From assembly GCA_965232515.1 (NCBI GenBank), contig CBDDPY010000002.1, positions 5,856,001 to 5,920,000 on the forward strand: a stretch of 64,000 nucleotides of DNA. The letters are read 5' to 3'. Shown here piece after piece: positions 20,318 through 29,994 of this stretch; the first letter of the stretch is position 1; each line of letters opens with the position of its first letter. Origin of the DNA: Alphaproteobacteria bacterium (GTDB taxonomy: Bacteria > Pseudomonadota > Alphaproteobacteria > GCA-2731375). The position numbers and the translations under genes were made by a program. Below the pieces are notes generated by a model. That model did not search any database and was not told the DNA's origin. It saw only the letters and a list, made by a program, of their open reading frames with translations.

Positions 20318-21448
20318 CTAGAGGTAGCAGGTGCCGTCGACGCAGACGGGACCGCTTTGCGGCGCCGCGCCGTCGATGCCGCGCAGCACCGGGCTGGTCA
20401 TGTGGCCCCAACCGGGAATGAAGGCCGAGAACCGGCCGGCCTCACCGCCGGCCACGAACAAATGAATGTGATCGGAGTCCGGCACGATGGGAATGCGGGA
20501 ATCGAGATCGCGGCGGTACCAGCGCGGCAGATTGCGGTTATAGACCTTGCCGTAGCGGTGGTCGAAGGCGATGTCGCCGAACCGGTTCCAGGCGTTCGAC
20601 CAGAGATAGGAGCGGATGTCGTGACGCGTCCAGCCGTCGCCGGCGATGGTCGCCGCATGCTCCAGGCCCAGCACGACCGCACAGTGGCCGCTGCTGACGG
20701 CGTTGTTGTGGGCGAAGGTCGCCATGGCCGAGACGATGCTGTCGAGCACGCCGCGGGCATCGTTGGCGACATGGTTGGTGACGCTGTGCGGGCCCTCGGC
20801 CGCGATCACGAACACGGACGAGTCTTCCGGCCCGAAGCCCTTCTCGACGTGATAAGGCGCGAACGGGCTCGCCTCCTCGTTCTCGGCGATGCAGTAGGTG
20901 TATTTGCCGGGATGGCCGAGCGCGCTCTTGTCCAGGTCATCCGGCCAGGCGCCGCCCACATTCAGCAGCACCAGGCGGATGGCCCGGCCGATGGTGGCGT
21001 TCGCCCGGTTGCCCGAGCCGAAGACGTTGCAGCCGGCATTCATGCCGATGCGGGCGCGGATCGGCCCGTTGACTACCAGCAGCGGCGCGGCCATGTGGGT
21101 CGTCGCCTGCACGCCATTCAGGTTGAAGGCCGTGGTGCAGAGCGCCAGCATGGCCGCCCGTACGACCGGCGCGTAGTACGGCTTGCAGCCGGCCATGACC
21201 ATGTTGATGGCCAGCACCTGCCGGCTCAGGCTGCCCCAGCGCGGCGGCACCCGGCATTCGACCAGATCCGGCTCGCCGCCCAGCGCGTCGACCATGGCGG
21301 CGACGCTTTCGGGCGTCGGCGGCACCACGGGCAGGCCGTCGGTCAGGCCCTGTTCGAAATACCATTCGACCGCATCGGCGCCGTCGGGCAGCACCATGGT
21401 GCCGTCGTTCTGGCCGGCGAAGGCGTCGACGGTGGCTGCTTCGGTCAT
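20318..21448 (-). CDS. conserved hypothetical protein (DGLPVVPPT family) typically paired with UGSC selenoproteins
   Basis: TDGLPVVPPT, AINMVMAGCKP, VNGP, NRANATIGRAIRL, AENEE motifs; C-terminal CVDGTC. Confidence 0.75.
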   Translation of the reverse strand: MTEAATVDAFAGQNDGTMVLPDGADAVEWYFEQGLTDGLPVVPPTPESVAAMVDALGGEPDLVECRVPPRWGSLSRQVLAINMVMAGCKPYYAPVVRAAMLALCTTAFNLNGVQATTHMAAPLLVVNGPIRARIGMNAGCNVFGSGNRANATIGRAIRLVLLNVGGAWPDDLDKSALGHPGKYTYCIAENEEASPFAPYHVEKGFGPEDSSVFVIAAEGPHSVTNHVANDARGVLDSIVSAMATFAHNNAVSSGHCAVVLGLEHAATIAGDGWTRHDIRSYLWSNAWNRFGDIAFDHRYGKVYNRNLPRWYRRDLDSRIPIVPDSDHIHLFVAGGEAGRFSAFIPGWGHMTSPVLRGIDGAAPQSGPVCVDGTCYL

Positions 21449-21475
21449 CTCAGGCGGTCCCGGACGGCGAAAAAC

Positions 21476-21571
21476 TGGCGGAAGAGAGTGGGAGTTGAAC
21501 CCACCAGGCACGTCTAACGCCCCTCACCGGATTTGAAGTCCGGGCGCCCCACCGGGGTGCGATTCCCTTCC
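21476..21571 (-). tRNA. selC: tRNA-Sec (anticodon UCA)
   Basis: 96 nt; 8-bp acceptor stem GGAAGGGA/TCTCTTCC, anticodon arm CCGGA-CTTCAAA-TCCGG, long variable arm, T arm GTGGG-TTCAACT-CCCAC, ends G-CCA. Confidence 0.97.
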
Positions 21572-21657
21572 GATGGCCGAAATCCTAGGCCCGCCAGCAA
21601 GCCGGGATCAAGCGTTGGGCGCACCGACGGCCTTGTCGGTGTCACGAGAAGCGTCGG

Positions 21658-23058
21658 TTATCGCGGTAACGACAGGCGCACCGACAGTCCGCCGTTGGGT
21701 TGGTTTTGCGGACGTATCGTGCCGCCATGCGCATGGATGATGGCCTGCGCGATGCTGAGACCCAGCCCGACGCCGCCCTTGCCCGGCGTTCGGGCGCGTT
21801 CGACCCGATAAAACGGCATAAATATCTGATCGAGCTCCTGCTGCGGAATGCCGGGCCCGTCGTCGTCGATAACGATCTCGACCATATCGGGCCGGTCCTC
21901 AATCCGCACACGCGCGACGTTGCCGTATTTGACCGCATTGTCGATCACGTTGGTCAAGGCCCGCTTCAGCGCGGTCCGGCGACAGTCGATAAGAATCCGA
22001 TCGGGCGGGTCGAATTCGATTCTGGCGCCGGCATCCGCCATGTCGTCGCAGATGCTCGCCACCAGAGCGGAGAGGTCGACATGGCGCTGGGGTTCGTCGT
22101 GAAACGTCACTTTCGCGAATTCGAGCGAGGAAGCGATCATCGCCTCCATTTCATCGAGTGTATCCAGGACTTTCGTGCGCTCGATGCCATCGGCCATCAG
22201 CTCGGCGCGCAGGCGCAGCAGCGTTACCGGCGTGCGCAAGTCGTGCGAAATGGCGGCAAGCATCTGGGTCCGGTTCTCGACCAGACGCTTCAATCTCTCC
22301 TGCATCTCATTGAACGCGTGCGATGCCTGGACCACTTCAGTGGGGCCGGCTTCAGGCAGGGGCTCGGCGCTGATGTTCTTGCCGAGACGGTCCGCGGCCA
22401 GTGCGAAGGCGGAGAGCGGCGCGGTCACCCGCGCGACCAGCCACATCGTCAGGACGCCGAACACGAGCGCGACGGAGAAGATGTAGGCGCCGGCGATGCC
22501 CGGCCAGAGATCCTCCGGTCTTGGAATTGCGCCCGCGAAATTGAGCCACTGGCCGTCTTCAAGCCGCGTCGAGACGTAAAGGTAGTCGTAGGTTTTCCCG
22601 CTGCTCGACAGCGAGGCCGTCGCGGTCCGGCTTGGATCCCTTGTATTTTCGGACATCGCTTTCGGCGGGTCGGGCAGCGCCTCCTCAAAACCCACGAGAA
22701 GTCTGTCCCCCGGCCATTCGGCGAGCTGCGCTTGCAGAAATCGGGTCACTTCGACAGTCAGATCGTTGTTCTGACCAACGCCGACCGTCGTCGCGTCGGC
22801 GCTCAGCGAAACGCTGAAACTCCGGCTATCCGAACCGCGGACGACATCCTCGCGCCACTCCTGCGGCAGTCGGTTCAACAGGATGACCACGCCGACAATC
22901 CGTTCGGCAACGTCGACCGCTTCGGTGGTCATGACCACCTCCTTCCGGTCGAACGAATAGATCGCGAGTCCCAGAAAATGCGATACGACCAGCCCAAGGC
23001 CCATCACGATAAGCGTCTGCGCGCTGATGCTTTTCGGCAGCGAGAGGTTTATTCGCAT
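21658..23058 (-). CDS. HAMP-domain sensor histidine kinase
   Basis: Two TM helices, H-box ISHDLRTP, N-box NVIDNAVKYG, DDGPGI, GVGLGL. Confidence 0.95.
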   Translation of the reverse strand: MRINLSLPKSISAQTLIVMGLGLVVSHFLGLAIYSFDRKEVVMTTEAVDVAERIVGVVILLNRLPQEWREDVVRGSDSRSFSVSLSADATTVGVGQNNDLTVEVTRFLQAQLAEWPGDRLLVGFEEALPDPPKAMSENTRDPSRTATASLSSSGKTYDYLYVSTRLEDGQWLNFAGAIPRPEDLWPGIAGAYIFSVALVFGVLTMWLVARVTAPLSAFALAADRLGKNISAEPLPEAGPTEVVQASHAFNEMQERLKRLVENRTQMLAAISHDLRTPVTLLRLRAELMADGIERTKVLDTLDEMEAMIASSLEFAKVTFHDEPQRHVDLSALVASICDDMADAGARIEFDPPDRILIDCRRTALKRALTNVIDNAVKYGNVARVRIEDRPDMVEIVIDDDGPGIPQQELDQIFMPFYRVERARTPGKGGVGLGLSIAQAIIHAHGGTIRPQNQPNGGLSVRLSLPR

Positions 23059-23771
23059 GTGACGCTGGGCGTGAAAATGTACCCGCCGCCCCGCACGGTC
23101 TTGACCACCTTCGGTTTCTTTGCGTCGTCGCCGATCTTTCGCCGCAACCGGCTGACCTGCAGGTCAATGCTCCGATCGAACGGCGTCGCCGAGCGCCCCT
23201 TCGCCAGGTCAAGCAGCTGGTCGCGGGTGAGGACGCGCTGGGGGTGCTGCAGGAAGGCCAGGAGAAGATTGTACTCGCTGCCGCTGAGCGACACGACGAC
23301 ATCGGCGTCCGATTCAAGGTCGCGGGTGCCGGTGTCCAGCGTCCATTGGCCAAAACGGTAGACCGGCACGGACGGGCCCTCCGGCTTCGGCGGCAGGGCG
23401 CGTGTTCGCCGCAGGACTGCCTTGATGCGCGCGATCAGTTCCCGCCCGCTGAACGGTTTGGCGACGTAGTCGTCGGCGCCCATTTCCAGCCCGAGGATGC
23501 GGTCCACATCATCCCCCTTGGCCGTGAGCATGATGATCGGGACGGATGAGGAAGCGGCCCGCAGATCACGGCAAAGGGTGAGGCCGTCCTCTCCGGGCAG
23601 CATCAAGTCGAGGACGATCAGATCGATACGTCGATCGTCCAATGCACGGCGCATTTCCTTTCCGTCAGACGCCGTACTGACTCGGTAGCCGTCCTTCTCG
23701 AGTAATCGCCCGACCAGTGTGCGCATCTCCTGGTGGTCGTCGACGACCAGGATGTGTGGCGGGTTCTCCAT
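23049..23771 (-). CDS. OmpR-family response regulator
   Basis: ILVVDD, LDLMLPGEDG, GADDYVAKPF, DRSIDLQVSRLRRK, TVRGGGY. Confidence 0.95.
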   Translation of the reverse strand: MENPPHILVVDDHQEMRTLVGRLLEKDGYRVSTASDGKEMRRALDDRRIDLIVLDLMLPGEDGLTLCRDLRAASSSVPIIMLTAKGDDVDRILGLEMGADDYVAKPFSGRELIARIKAVLRRTRALPPKPEGPSVPVYRFGQWTLDTGTRDLESDADVVVSLSGSEYNLLLAFLQHPQRVLTRDQLLDLAKGRSATPFDRSIDLQVSRLRRKIGDDAKKPKVVKTVRGGGYIFTPSVTCE

Positions 23772-23816
23772 GCGGGCGAATATACGGTCGGCGGATCCGA
23801 ACCAGACAAGAAAATG

Positions 23817-23859
23817 GTAACGAATTGTAGCAGGCAGCGGGACCGATACGGTTCGATAC
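23817..23859. promoter_or_regulatory. putative OmpR-family tandem binding boxes in the divergent promoter
   Basis: GTAA-N6-GTAG (23817-23830) and CGATAC-N4-CGATAC (23844-23859), both with 10-bp period. Confidence 0.45.
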
Positions 23860-23964
23860 AAAAACGGGGGCTGCCGGACAAACTCTCGGAACAACGGGCT
23901 GATCAAATGCGCCTCCAACGCAGTCGGCAGGTTCTTGCGGCCTGCACAACGCATTCATGGAGGT

Positions 23965-24594
23965 ATGAACATGCCGTTCCCCGTCGGCAAATGTGCTTTG
24001 ACGACCTGTTCGCTTGTCGCTGTTTTTCTGATGGCGGCGGGGCATCCAACCGTCGCCGGGTCGCCCTTTCACGGCGTCTATGCCGGCATCCAGGGCAGCT
24101 ACGAAACCTACGACCTTGACGTCCGCTCCAGCAATCTGAACGCCGACGATCTCGAGCTCTCGGGTCTGAGCGGCGGGTTCTACGCCGGGGCGAACACGGC
24201 CCTTCCGGGGCTTGACCGAGCGATCGTCGGGCTGGAAGGCAGCTTCGCGTTCAACGATGGTGATGGACGCCTGAGCGGTGGCGGGGACAGGCTCTCCATC
24301 GCTTCCCGCAATACATACGACATCTCCGGACGTGCCGGCTACGAGATCAAGGACAGTGTCCTGCTCTACGGCCGTGTCGGCTGGGCACGGACCAGTTTTT
24401 CCGGCCTCGAGCCGACCGGACGGTCCAGGCTCGACGGTATTCGCTTCGGCGGCGGTGCGGAATACGCGATCACCGACAACATGGCGCTGCGGACCGAGTT
24501 CACGCGTACCGACTACGAACGCAAGCGCTCGGGCGATCGCCGATTCGATACCGGGCAGAACCGCCTGACGCTTGGGGTCGGATACCGCTTCTGA
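23965..24594 (+). CDS. small outer-membrane beta-barrel protein (Omp25/RopB-like)
   Basis: Signal peptide, FHGVYAG, RAGY, LLYGRVG, GGGAEYA, C-terminal GVGYRF. Confidence 0.85.
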   Translation: MNMPFPVGKCALTTCSLVAVFLMAAGHPTVAGSPFHGVYAGIQGSYETYDLDVRSSNLNADDLELSGLSGGFYAGANTALPGLDRAIVGLEGSFAFNDGDGRLSGGGDRLSIASRNTYDISGRAGYEIKDSVLLYGRVGWARTSFSGLEPTGRSRLDGIRFGGGAEYAITDNMALRTEFTRTDYERKRSGDRRFDTGQNRLTLGVGYRF

Positions 24595-24679
24595 CGGGGC
24601 GCGATCCGGGACAGGCGCAAGCCGTTCTTCCGACGAATACCCGATGTCTCCAGTCGCAACTTTGAGGTGAGATCACGCG

Positions 24680-25087
24680 ATGACGACGACGACACGAAGC
24701 CTGCAAAAAGCCTATCCACCCGACTTCACGCACCTGATTGCCGAGGTCGCCGAGACCGCGATGAAGGCGATCGTCGAACCAAATCCCACCCGGCACATCC
24801 AGGAAGCGGCGGTGAGCGGCGCTCTCTCGCTCAAACGGTTGCGTTGCGACCTGACGCCCGAGCGCCGACGCGATCCCGCACTGGCGGCCGCGTTTCGGCG
24901 TGACGTCGTTCGTAACCGTCTCGTCCGCGACCTGGCCACGCTATTGGTCGGTGCCTATGAACGGCTCAAGCGAGTGGAGAGTTCAGCCAAGCAGAACGCA
25001 ATGAGCACGGCGTTTGTGAGCACGATGTTCTTGGAGGCGATCTCCGAAATCTCCAAGCAGGACGGCAAGCAGAAGCCGGAGCCGTGA
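24680..25087 (+). CDS. hypothetical protein
   Basis: GAGGTG RBS upstream of ATG; 135 aa; no recognised motif. Confidence 0.45.
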   Translation: MTTTTRSLQKAYPPDFTHLIAEVAETAMKAIVEPNPTRHIQEAAVSGALSLKRLRCDLTPERRRDPALAAAFRRDVVRNRLVRDLATLLVGAYERLKRVESSAKQNAMSTAFVSTMFLEAISEISKQDGKQKPEP

Positions 25088-25196
25088 TACGCCGTCGCCT
25101 GTCCGCCAGGAGTGCGGGCGCCGTATGCCCTTGATAAAGGAACGACGGCGGGCCGATTGCGTCGGACGCCACCTTGGCGCGCCGGGTGCCGCGAGA

Positions 25197-27128
25197 TCAC
25201 GCGTCCTGTGTGCCGAAGGCCTCGTCGGCGGTCTGCAGGATTCGCCGCCGCTCGCCGATGCGGCGCGTGACGTGGGCGGCATCGAGGAATTCCAGCACTT
25301 CGATCGTGAGGTTTCGGCCGATGCCGGACCGGTCCCGGTATTCGGCCGCGCTGAACAGGCCGTCGGCGGCTTGTGCCGCTGTTTCCTCGGCGATTTCGGC
25401 CAGCCGATGCACGGCGGCGGGCGGAAAATAGCGGTTCGGCGCCACGCGCAGCAGGTGGCCGAGACGGACCGCCCGGCCGAGAAAGCCTTCGGTTGCCTCG
25501 ACCGCCAGACCCAGATCGGCGGCCAGCTCGCGCACCCGCGGCGGCCGGATGCCGCCCTCCGCGATCAGCGGCTCGACCCGTCGCCAGAGCGCCGCGTCTT
25601 CCGGAGTCATTTCGGCGCGGTGATCGGGCAGGCGCAGGCTCAACCCGTCCCGCCGCAGCGCGCCGTCCTGCAACAGCCGGACGACGGCGGCCGCCATCAG
25701 GGGGTTGGGGATGGGATGGCTCAGCGCCCGCCGCAGGGTCGCTTCCTCGGGTCCCAGGCTGTCAGGGTGCCGGGCGTGCCAGCGTTCGAGGGTGTCCAAC
25801 ACATCGTCGCGCAAGGCCTGCCAGCGCGCCGCCGACAGGCCCACTGTCCGTTCGGCGACGGCAATCCGTACCAGATCGTGGCCGCGCCACAACGCGTCGG
25901 CGGCCGCGGGCGTCAGATTCCAGGCCGTGGCGAAGTTATCGAGATCGACCAGTCCGCTGCCCTGGTCCAAGAGCAATGCCAACGCCTCGGCCGGCGTCGG
26001 CGCCGCCATCGCCTCGAGCTGCGCCAGCCGGGCCGGCCGGGCCCGGCCGCGCGGCGGGGGAAACGGGTCCAGCACCATGCCGCCGGCGATCGTCCGGCGC
26101 GCCGACTGATCGCGCAGGATGAACCGGTCGCCGTGCAGCGCGCCGATCGGCTGGTCGAGCACGAGCTGCACCAGGCCCGTCTCGCCGGGCGCGATTTGCC
26201 GGGGGCCGAGGATCGCCACGCGGCCGGTAACGTCGTTCGCCGCGGCATGCACGTGCACCGGCGTCCAGTGGGTCAGTGGGCTGGGTTCGTCCACCAATAC
26301 CGTCAACCGGGCGTCGAACCGACGCGCCGGCGCATGCGCTTCGGGTGCGACGATCCAGTCGCCGCGTTTCACCTCGATACGCCGCAGGTCCGGACCGGTG
26401 ATGTTCAAGGCGCAACGCTGACCGGCGGTGCCCATATCGGCCTCCCGGTCGAGCGCGCGAAGGCCGCGGACGCGGACCGACACGCCCTGCGGCGACAGCA
26501 GCAATTGGTCGCCGATCGAGACGCGGCCGGCCATGACCGCGCCCGTGACGACAAGTCCGGCGCCCGTCACCGTGAAGCTGCGGTCGATGGCCAGCCGGAA
26601 GTTGCCTTCGCCGTCACGGTCGCGGTTGACCTTGGACGCGGCGAGGAGCGCGTCGCGCAGCTCCTCGACGCCGGCGCCCGTCAATCCCGATACGGGATAG
26701 ATCTCGGCATCCGCGAGCGCCGTGCCGGCCACGACGTTTCGCACCGCCGCCTTGACCTCATCGACGCGCGCGTCGTCCACCCGGTCGATCTTGCTGATCG
26801 CCACCGCGCCGCGGGGCACGCCCAGAAGCTCGAGAATGGCCAGATGCTCGCGCGTCTGCGGCATCGGGCCGTCGTCGGCGGCGACCACCAGCAGCGCGAA
26901 GTCGATGGCGGCGACGCCGGCGGCCATGTTGCGCACGAAGCGCTCGTGCCCCGGCACATCGACGAAGCCCAACACCTCGCCGCCGCCGAGGTCGTGGTAG
27001 GCGAAGCCGAGATCGATGGACAAGCCGCGCTGTTTCTCCTCCGGCAGGCGGTCGGTGTCGACGCCGGTCAGCGCCTTGATCAGCGCGGTCTTGCCATGGT
27101 CAACATGGCCGGCGGTGGCGACGAGCAT
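25197..27128 (-). CDS. selB: selenocysteine-specific translation elongation factor
   Basis: [34 protein letters not shown]-terminal winged helix [15 protein letters not shown]. Confidence 0.98.
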   Translation of the reverse strand: MLVATAGHVDHGKTALIKALTGVDTDRLPEEKQRGLSIDLGFAYHDLGGGEVLGFVDVPGHERFVRNMAAGVAAIDFALLVVAADDGPMPQTREHLAILELLGVPRGAVAISKIDRVDDARVDEVKAAVRNVVAGTALADAEIYPVSGLTGAGVEELRDALLAASKVNRDRDGEGNFRLAIDRSFTVTGAGLVVTGAVMAGRVSIGDQLLLSPQGVSVRVRGLRALDREADMGTAGQRCALNITGPDLRRIEVKRGDWIVAPEAHAPARRFDARLTVLVDEPSPLTHWTPVHVHAAANDVTGRVAILGPRQIAPGETGLVQLVLDQPIGALHGDRFILRDQSARRTIAGGMVLDPFPPPRGRARPARLAQLEAMAAPTPAEALALLLDQGSGLVDLDNFATAWNLTPAAADALWRGHDLVRIAVAERTVGLSAARWQALRDDVLDTLERWHARHPDSLGPEEATLRRALSHPIPNPLMAAAVVRLLQDGALRRDGLSLRLPDHRAEMTPEDAALWRRVEPLIAEGGIRPPRVRELAADLGLAVEATEGFLGRAVRLGHLLRVAPNRYFPPAAVHRLAEIAEETAAQAADGLFSAAEYRDRSGIGRNLTIEVLEFLDAAHVTRRIGERRRILQTADEAFGTQDA

Positions 27129-27141
27129 CGTCCGCCGTCGC

Positions 27142-28563
27142 TCAGGACAGATCCAGCTCGCCGAGCTGGCGGACGAAGCCGTCTTCGTCCTCCAGGCAGC
27201 GCAGGTCGAACAGCAGCGTATCGTCGGCGATGCGTCCGATCACCGGTATCGGAAGCCGCCGAAACGCGGTTGCCAGGCGTTTCAGGGCGCGCCCCGTGCC
27301 CCGCTTGCCGGCCTTCGGACGGATCGCCAGCGCGGCGCTCGGCAGAGCGTCGACCGGCAACGCCCCACTGCCGATCTGGCTGCGGCAGGCAACGACCTCG
27401 ACGGTCGCGATATCGACGAATTGGCCGGCAGCGACTCCGCGCAATCGCTCGGCGAGCGCGCGGATCTCGTCTTCCGGCCGGCTCAGCAACCGCAGCGCCG
27501 GCACCCGTTCGGCCAACCGGTCGGGATCGCCGTAGAGCCGCAGCACGGCCGACAGCGCGGCGAGCGTCATCTTGTCGAGCCGCATGGCCCGCTTCATCGG
27601 GTTGCGCTTGATTTTCTTCACGAGGTCGGCGCGGCCGACGATGATGCCGGCTTGCGGTCCGCCCAACAGCTTGTCGCCGCTGAAGGTAACGATGTCGGCG
27701 CCGGCGGCGATGGCGTCGGCCGGCGTCGGTTCGTAGGGCAGGCCGAACCGCGTCAGGTCGGTCAGCGTGCCGCTGCCGAGATCGACCACGAAGGGCAGCC
27801 CGGCGGCATGCGCGATCCGCACGAGATCGCGCTCCGCCACCTCGGCGGTGAATCCCTGGACCACGTAGTTGCTGGTATGCGCCTTCATGATCAGCGCCGT
27901 GCCCGCGCTAATGGCGGTCTCGAAATCGGCGGCGTGCGTGCGGTTGGTGGCGCCCACCTCGACCAGCTTGGCGCCGGCGCGGGCCATGATGTCGGGCAGG
28001 CGAAACGAGCCGCCGATCTCGATCAGCTCGCCGCGCGAAACCAGCACCTGTCGGCGCAGCGCCAGTGTGTTGAGCGTCAAGAGAACGGCCGCGGCGTTGT
28101 TGTTGACGACGGTCGCCGCCTCGGCGCCGGTCAGCCGGCAGATCCAGTCGGCGACATGGTCGTCGCGATCGCCGCGCTTACCGGTTTCGAGGTCGTATTC
28201 CAGATTGGACGCGCCGGCCGCGACGGCGGTCATGGCCTCCAATGCCTCTTGCGGCAATGGCGCCCGGCCCAGGTTGGTGTGCAGCACCGTGCCCGTCAGG
28301 TTGAAGACCGGCCGCAGGCGCGGGGCGGTCAGCGCCACAAGGTGCGCCCGCACGTTCTCGACAATGACGTCGTCGTTTGTCCGCGCCAGCGCCGCCTCAC
28401 CCTCGGCCGACAGGGCCGTCCGCAGCGCGGCCAGCTCGTCGCGCACGGCCTGAACCACCAGATTCCGGCCGAAATCCAGGATCGCGGCCGCGATCCCCGG
28501 CAGTCCGAGGACGCGGTCGACCGACGGAACGGCGGCCTGCAACGGCTTGGCGGCGTGCGACAT
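27142..28563 (-). CDS. selA: L-seryl-tRNA(Sec) selenium transferase
   Basis: [49 protein letters not shown]. Confidence 0.98.
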   Translation of the reverse strand: MSHAAKPLQAAVPSVDRVLGLPGIAAAILDFGRNLVVQAVRDELAALRTALSAEGEAALARTNDDVIVENVRAHLVALTAPRLRPVFNLTGTVLHTNLGRAPLPQEALEAMTAVAAGASNLEYDLETGKRGDRDDHVADWICRLTGAEAATVVNNNAAAVLLTLNTLALRRQVLVSRGELIEIGGSFRLPDIMARAGAKLVEVGATNRTHAADFETAISAGTALIMKAHTSNYVVQGFTAEVAERDLVRIAHAAGLPFVVDLGSGTLTDLTRFGLPYEPTPADAIAAGADIVTFSGDKLLGGPQAGIIVGRADLVKKIKRNPMKRAMRLDKMTLAALSAVLRLYGDPDRLAERVPALRLLSRPEDEIRALAERLRGVAAGQFVDIATVEVVACRSQIGSGALPVDALPSAALAIRPKAGKRGTGRALKRLATAFRRLPIPVIGRIADDTLLFDLRCLEDEDGFVRQLGELDLS

Positions 28564-28717
28564 GCTGACTTGGCGCCCGGTTGGAAAGGTCACTCCCTGG
28601 CGTCAGGCTAGGTGCGTGGGCGAGAGCGGTCAACGGGCCGCTCGCTTTGTTTGGCGCGCGTGGACTTCCCAATATAGACTGATCGTTTCATAACCACCGC
28701 CGCCCGTTTCGCTTCAA

Positions 28718-28747
28718 TTGACAGATTGTGGGGTCGGTCGCGCTAGT
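28718..28747 (+). promoter_or_regulatory. putative sigma70 promoter of the second PrdB-like selenoprotein
   Basis: TTGACA (28718-28723) and GCTAGT (28742-28747) just upstream of ATG 28759. Confidence 0.45.
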
Positions 28748-28758
28748 CGGAGTGCTGT

Positions 28759-29994
28759 ATGGCTCGATTGAATGAATTGTCGGCAAGGATGCAGAAGGCC
28801 CTGATCGGCCTGCTGCCGGATTGTCCGACCTTTGACGACAAGCCCTGGGTGACGGGTCCGCCCCTGTCGGCCCGCCGGGTTGCGATGATCTCGTCGGCCG
28901 GCTTCATGCGGCGCGGCGAGAAGCCGTTCGTCGGCGGCGATGCCGATTACCGGGCGATCCCGGCGGACATACCGCCGGGCGATCTGCTGATCAGCCACGT
29001 TTCGCAGAATTTCGACCGCACCGGGTTTCAGCAGGACATCAACGTCATGCTGCCGCTCGACCGGTTGCGCGAGATGGCGGCAGATGGCGAGATCGGCTCG
29101 CTCGCCGACACGCACTATTCCTTCATGGGCTCGACGCCGCCGGAGAAGATGGAGCCGGACGCGCGCCGGCTCGCCGCCGATCTGAAGGCCGATAACGTCG
29201 ACGCCGTCCTGCTGCTTCCGGTTTGACCGTTCTGCACGCGCGCCGTGAGCGCGCTCGGATACTATCTGGAAGACGAGGGACTGCCGACGGTGTCGATCAG
29301 CCTGGTGCGCGAGCACACGGAGAAGATCGAACCGCCACGGGGGCTGTGGGTGCCGTTCGAGCTGGGCCGGCCGGTTGGACCGGCGAACGATCCGGCGTTC
29401 CAGAAGCGCGTGCTGCGCGCGGCCCTGGAGCTGCTCGTGTCGACTGACGGCCCCGTCGTGCTCGAGGACTTCGACATCGACATGCCGGGGGCGGGCGGTG
29501 AGCCGGGCTGGCGCAGCCCGATCCCGATCGAGGCGGCGGATCCCGATACCGCCGATCTCGACGCCCTGACGGCGGCGCTCAGCCAAGAATTGGCGCAGGT
29601 ACGTCCGTTTTACGAGCGGGCGGTGGCGGCGCGCGGCCGCACTTCGGTCGGTCTGGCGCGCGTCGACCCGACCGAATTGCCGACGCTCGTGGTCTCGTTC
29701 TTTGCTGGCGGTCCGGCTGAAAACCCGGTGCCCGAGGTGCGGCCGGGGCACGTCATGCGCTATGCCTCGGACGATCTGCGGGCCTATTATCTCGAGGCGG
29801 CGAGCTTCGGCGACGGACGGCCGTCCAGCCTTCAGCTTGCCGACTGGTATTGGGACGAAACGCTGGCGGGCCGCACGGTGATGGCGCTCCGGGCCGCCTG
29901 CCTCGCGGGGTCGGACAAGGTGCTGGCGGCGATCGCCAAGGGAATTCTGGTGTCGGGGCGGCAAGTCGATAAGTTGCCGCCTGAAACCGCGTGA
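28759..29994 (+). CDS. PrdB/GrdB-like selenoprotein with C-terminal extension (Sec at UGA 29224-29226, UxxC motif)
   Basis: In frame across one TGA: VLLLPV-TGA-PFCTRAVSALGYYLE...GLPTV...VPFELGRPVG; N-half ISSAG, GDADYRAIP, SHVSQNFDRTG, HYSFMG; 411 aa. Confidence 0.9.
29238..29254 (+). promoter_or_regulatory. putative bacterial SECIS element
   Basis: GCGCGC-CGUGA-GCGCGC; loop at +18..+22 after the UGA, same loop and offset as the hairpin at 14152-14170. Confidence 0.75.

Noticed and set aside
21476-21571. UCA-anticodon tRNA as an opal suppressor or a sign of genetic-code reassignment
   Set aside because: The 8-bp acceptor stem and long variable arm are tRNA-Sec features; many ordinary genes here end in TGA
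21440-25200. Integrative element at tRNA-Sec
   Set aside because: No integrase and no duplicated tRNA 3' end found; kept only as a possible insertion
25125-27611. Long antisense or alternative-frame ORFs (for example 828 aa opposite selB, 608 aa opposite selD, 580 aa opposite the acyl ligase)
   Set aside because: Shadow ORFs expected from high-GC codon bias; they carry no motifs and overlap well-supported genes
13794-29994. Split ORFs at 14181, 19989 and 29224 read as pseudogenes or separate small genes
   Set aside because: Each break is a single in-frame TGA at a UxxC position with a downstream hairpin, next to complete Sec machinery
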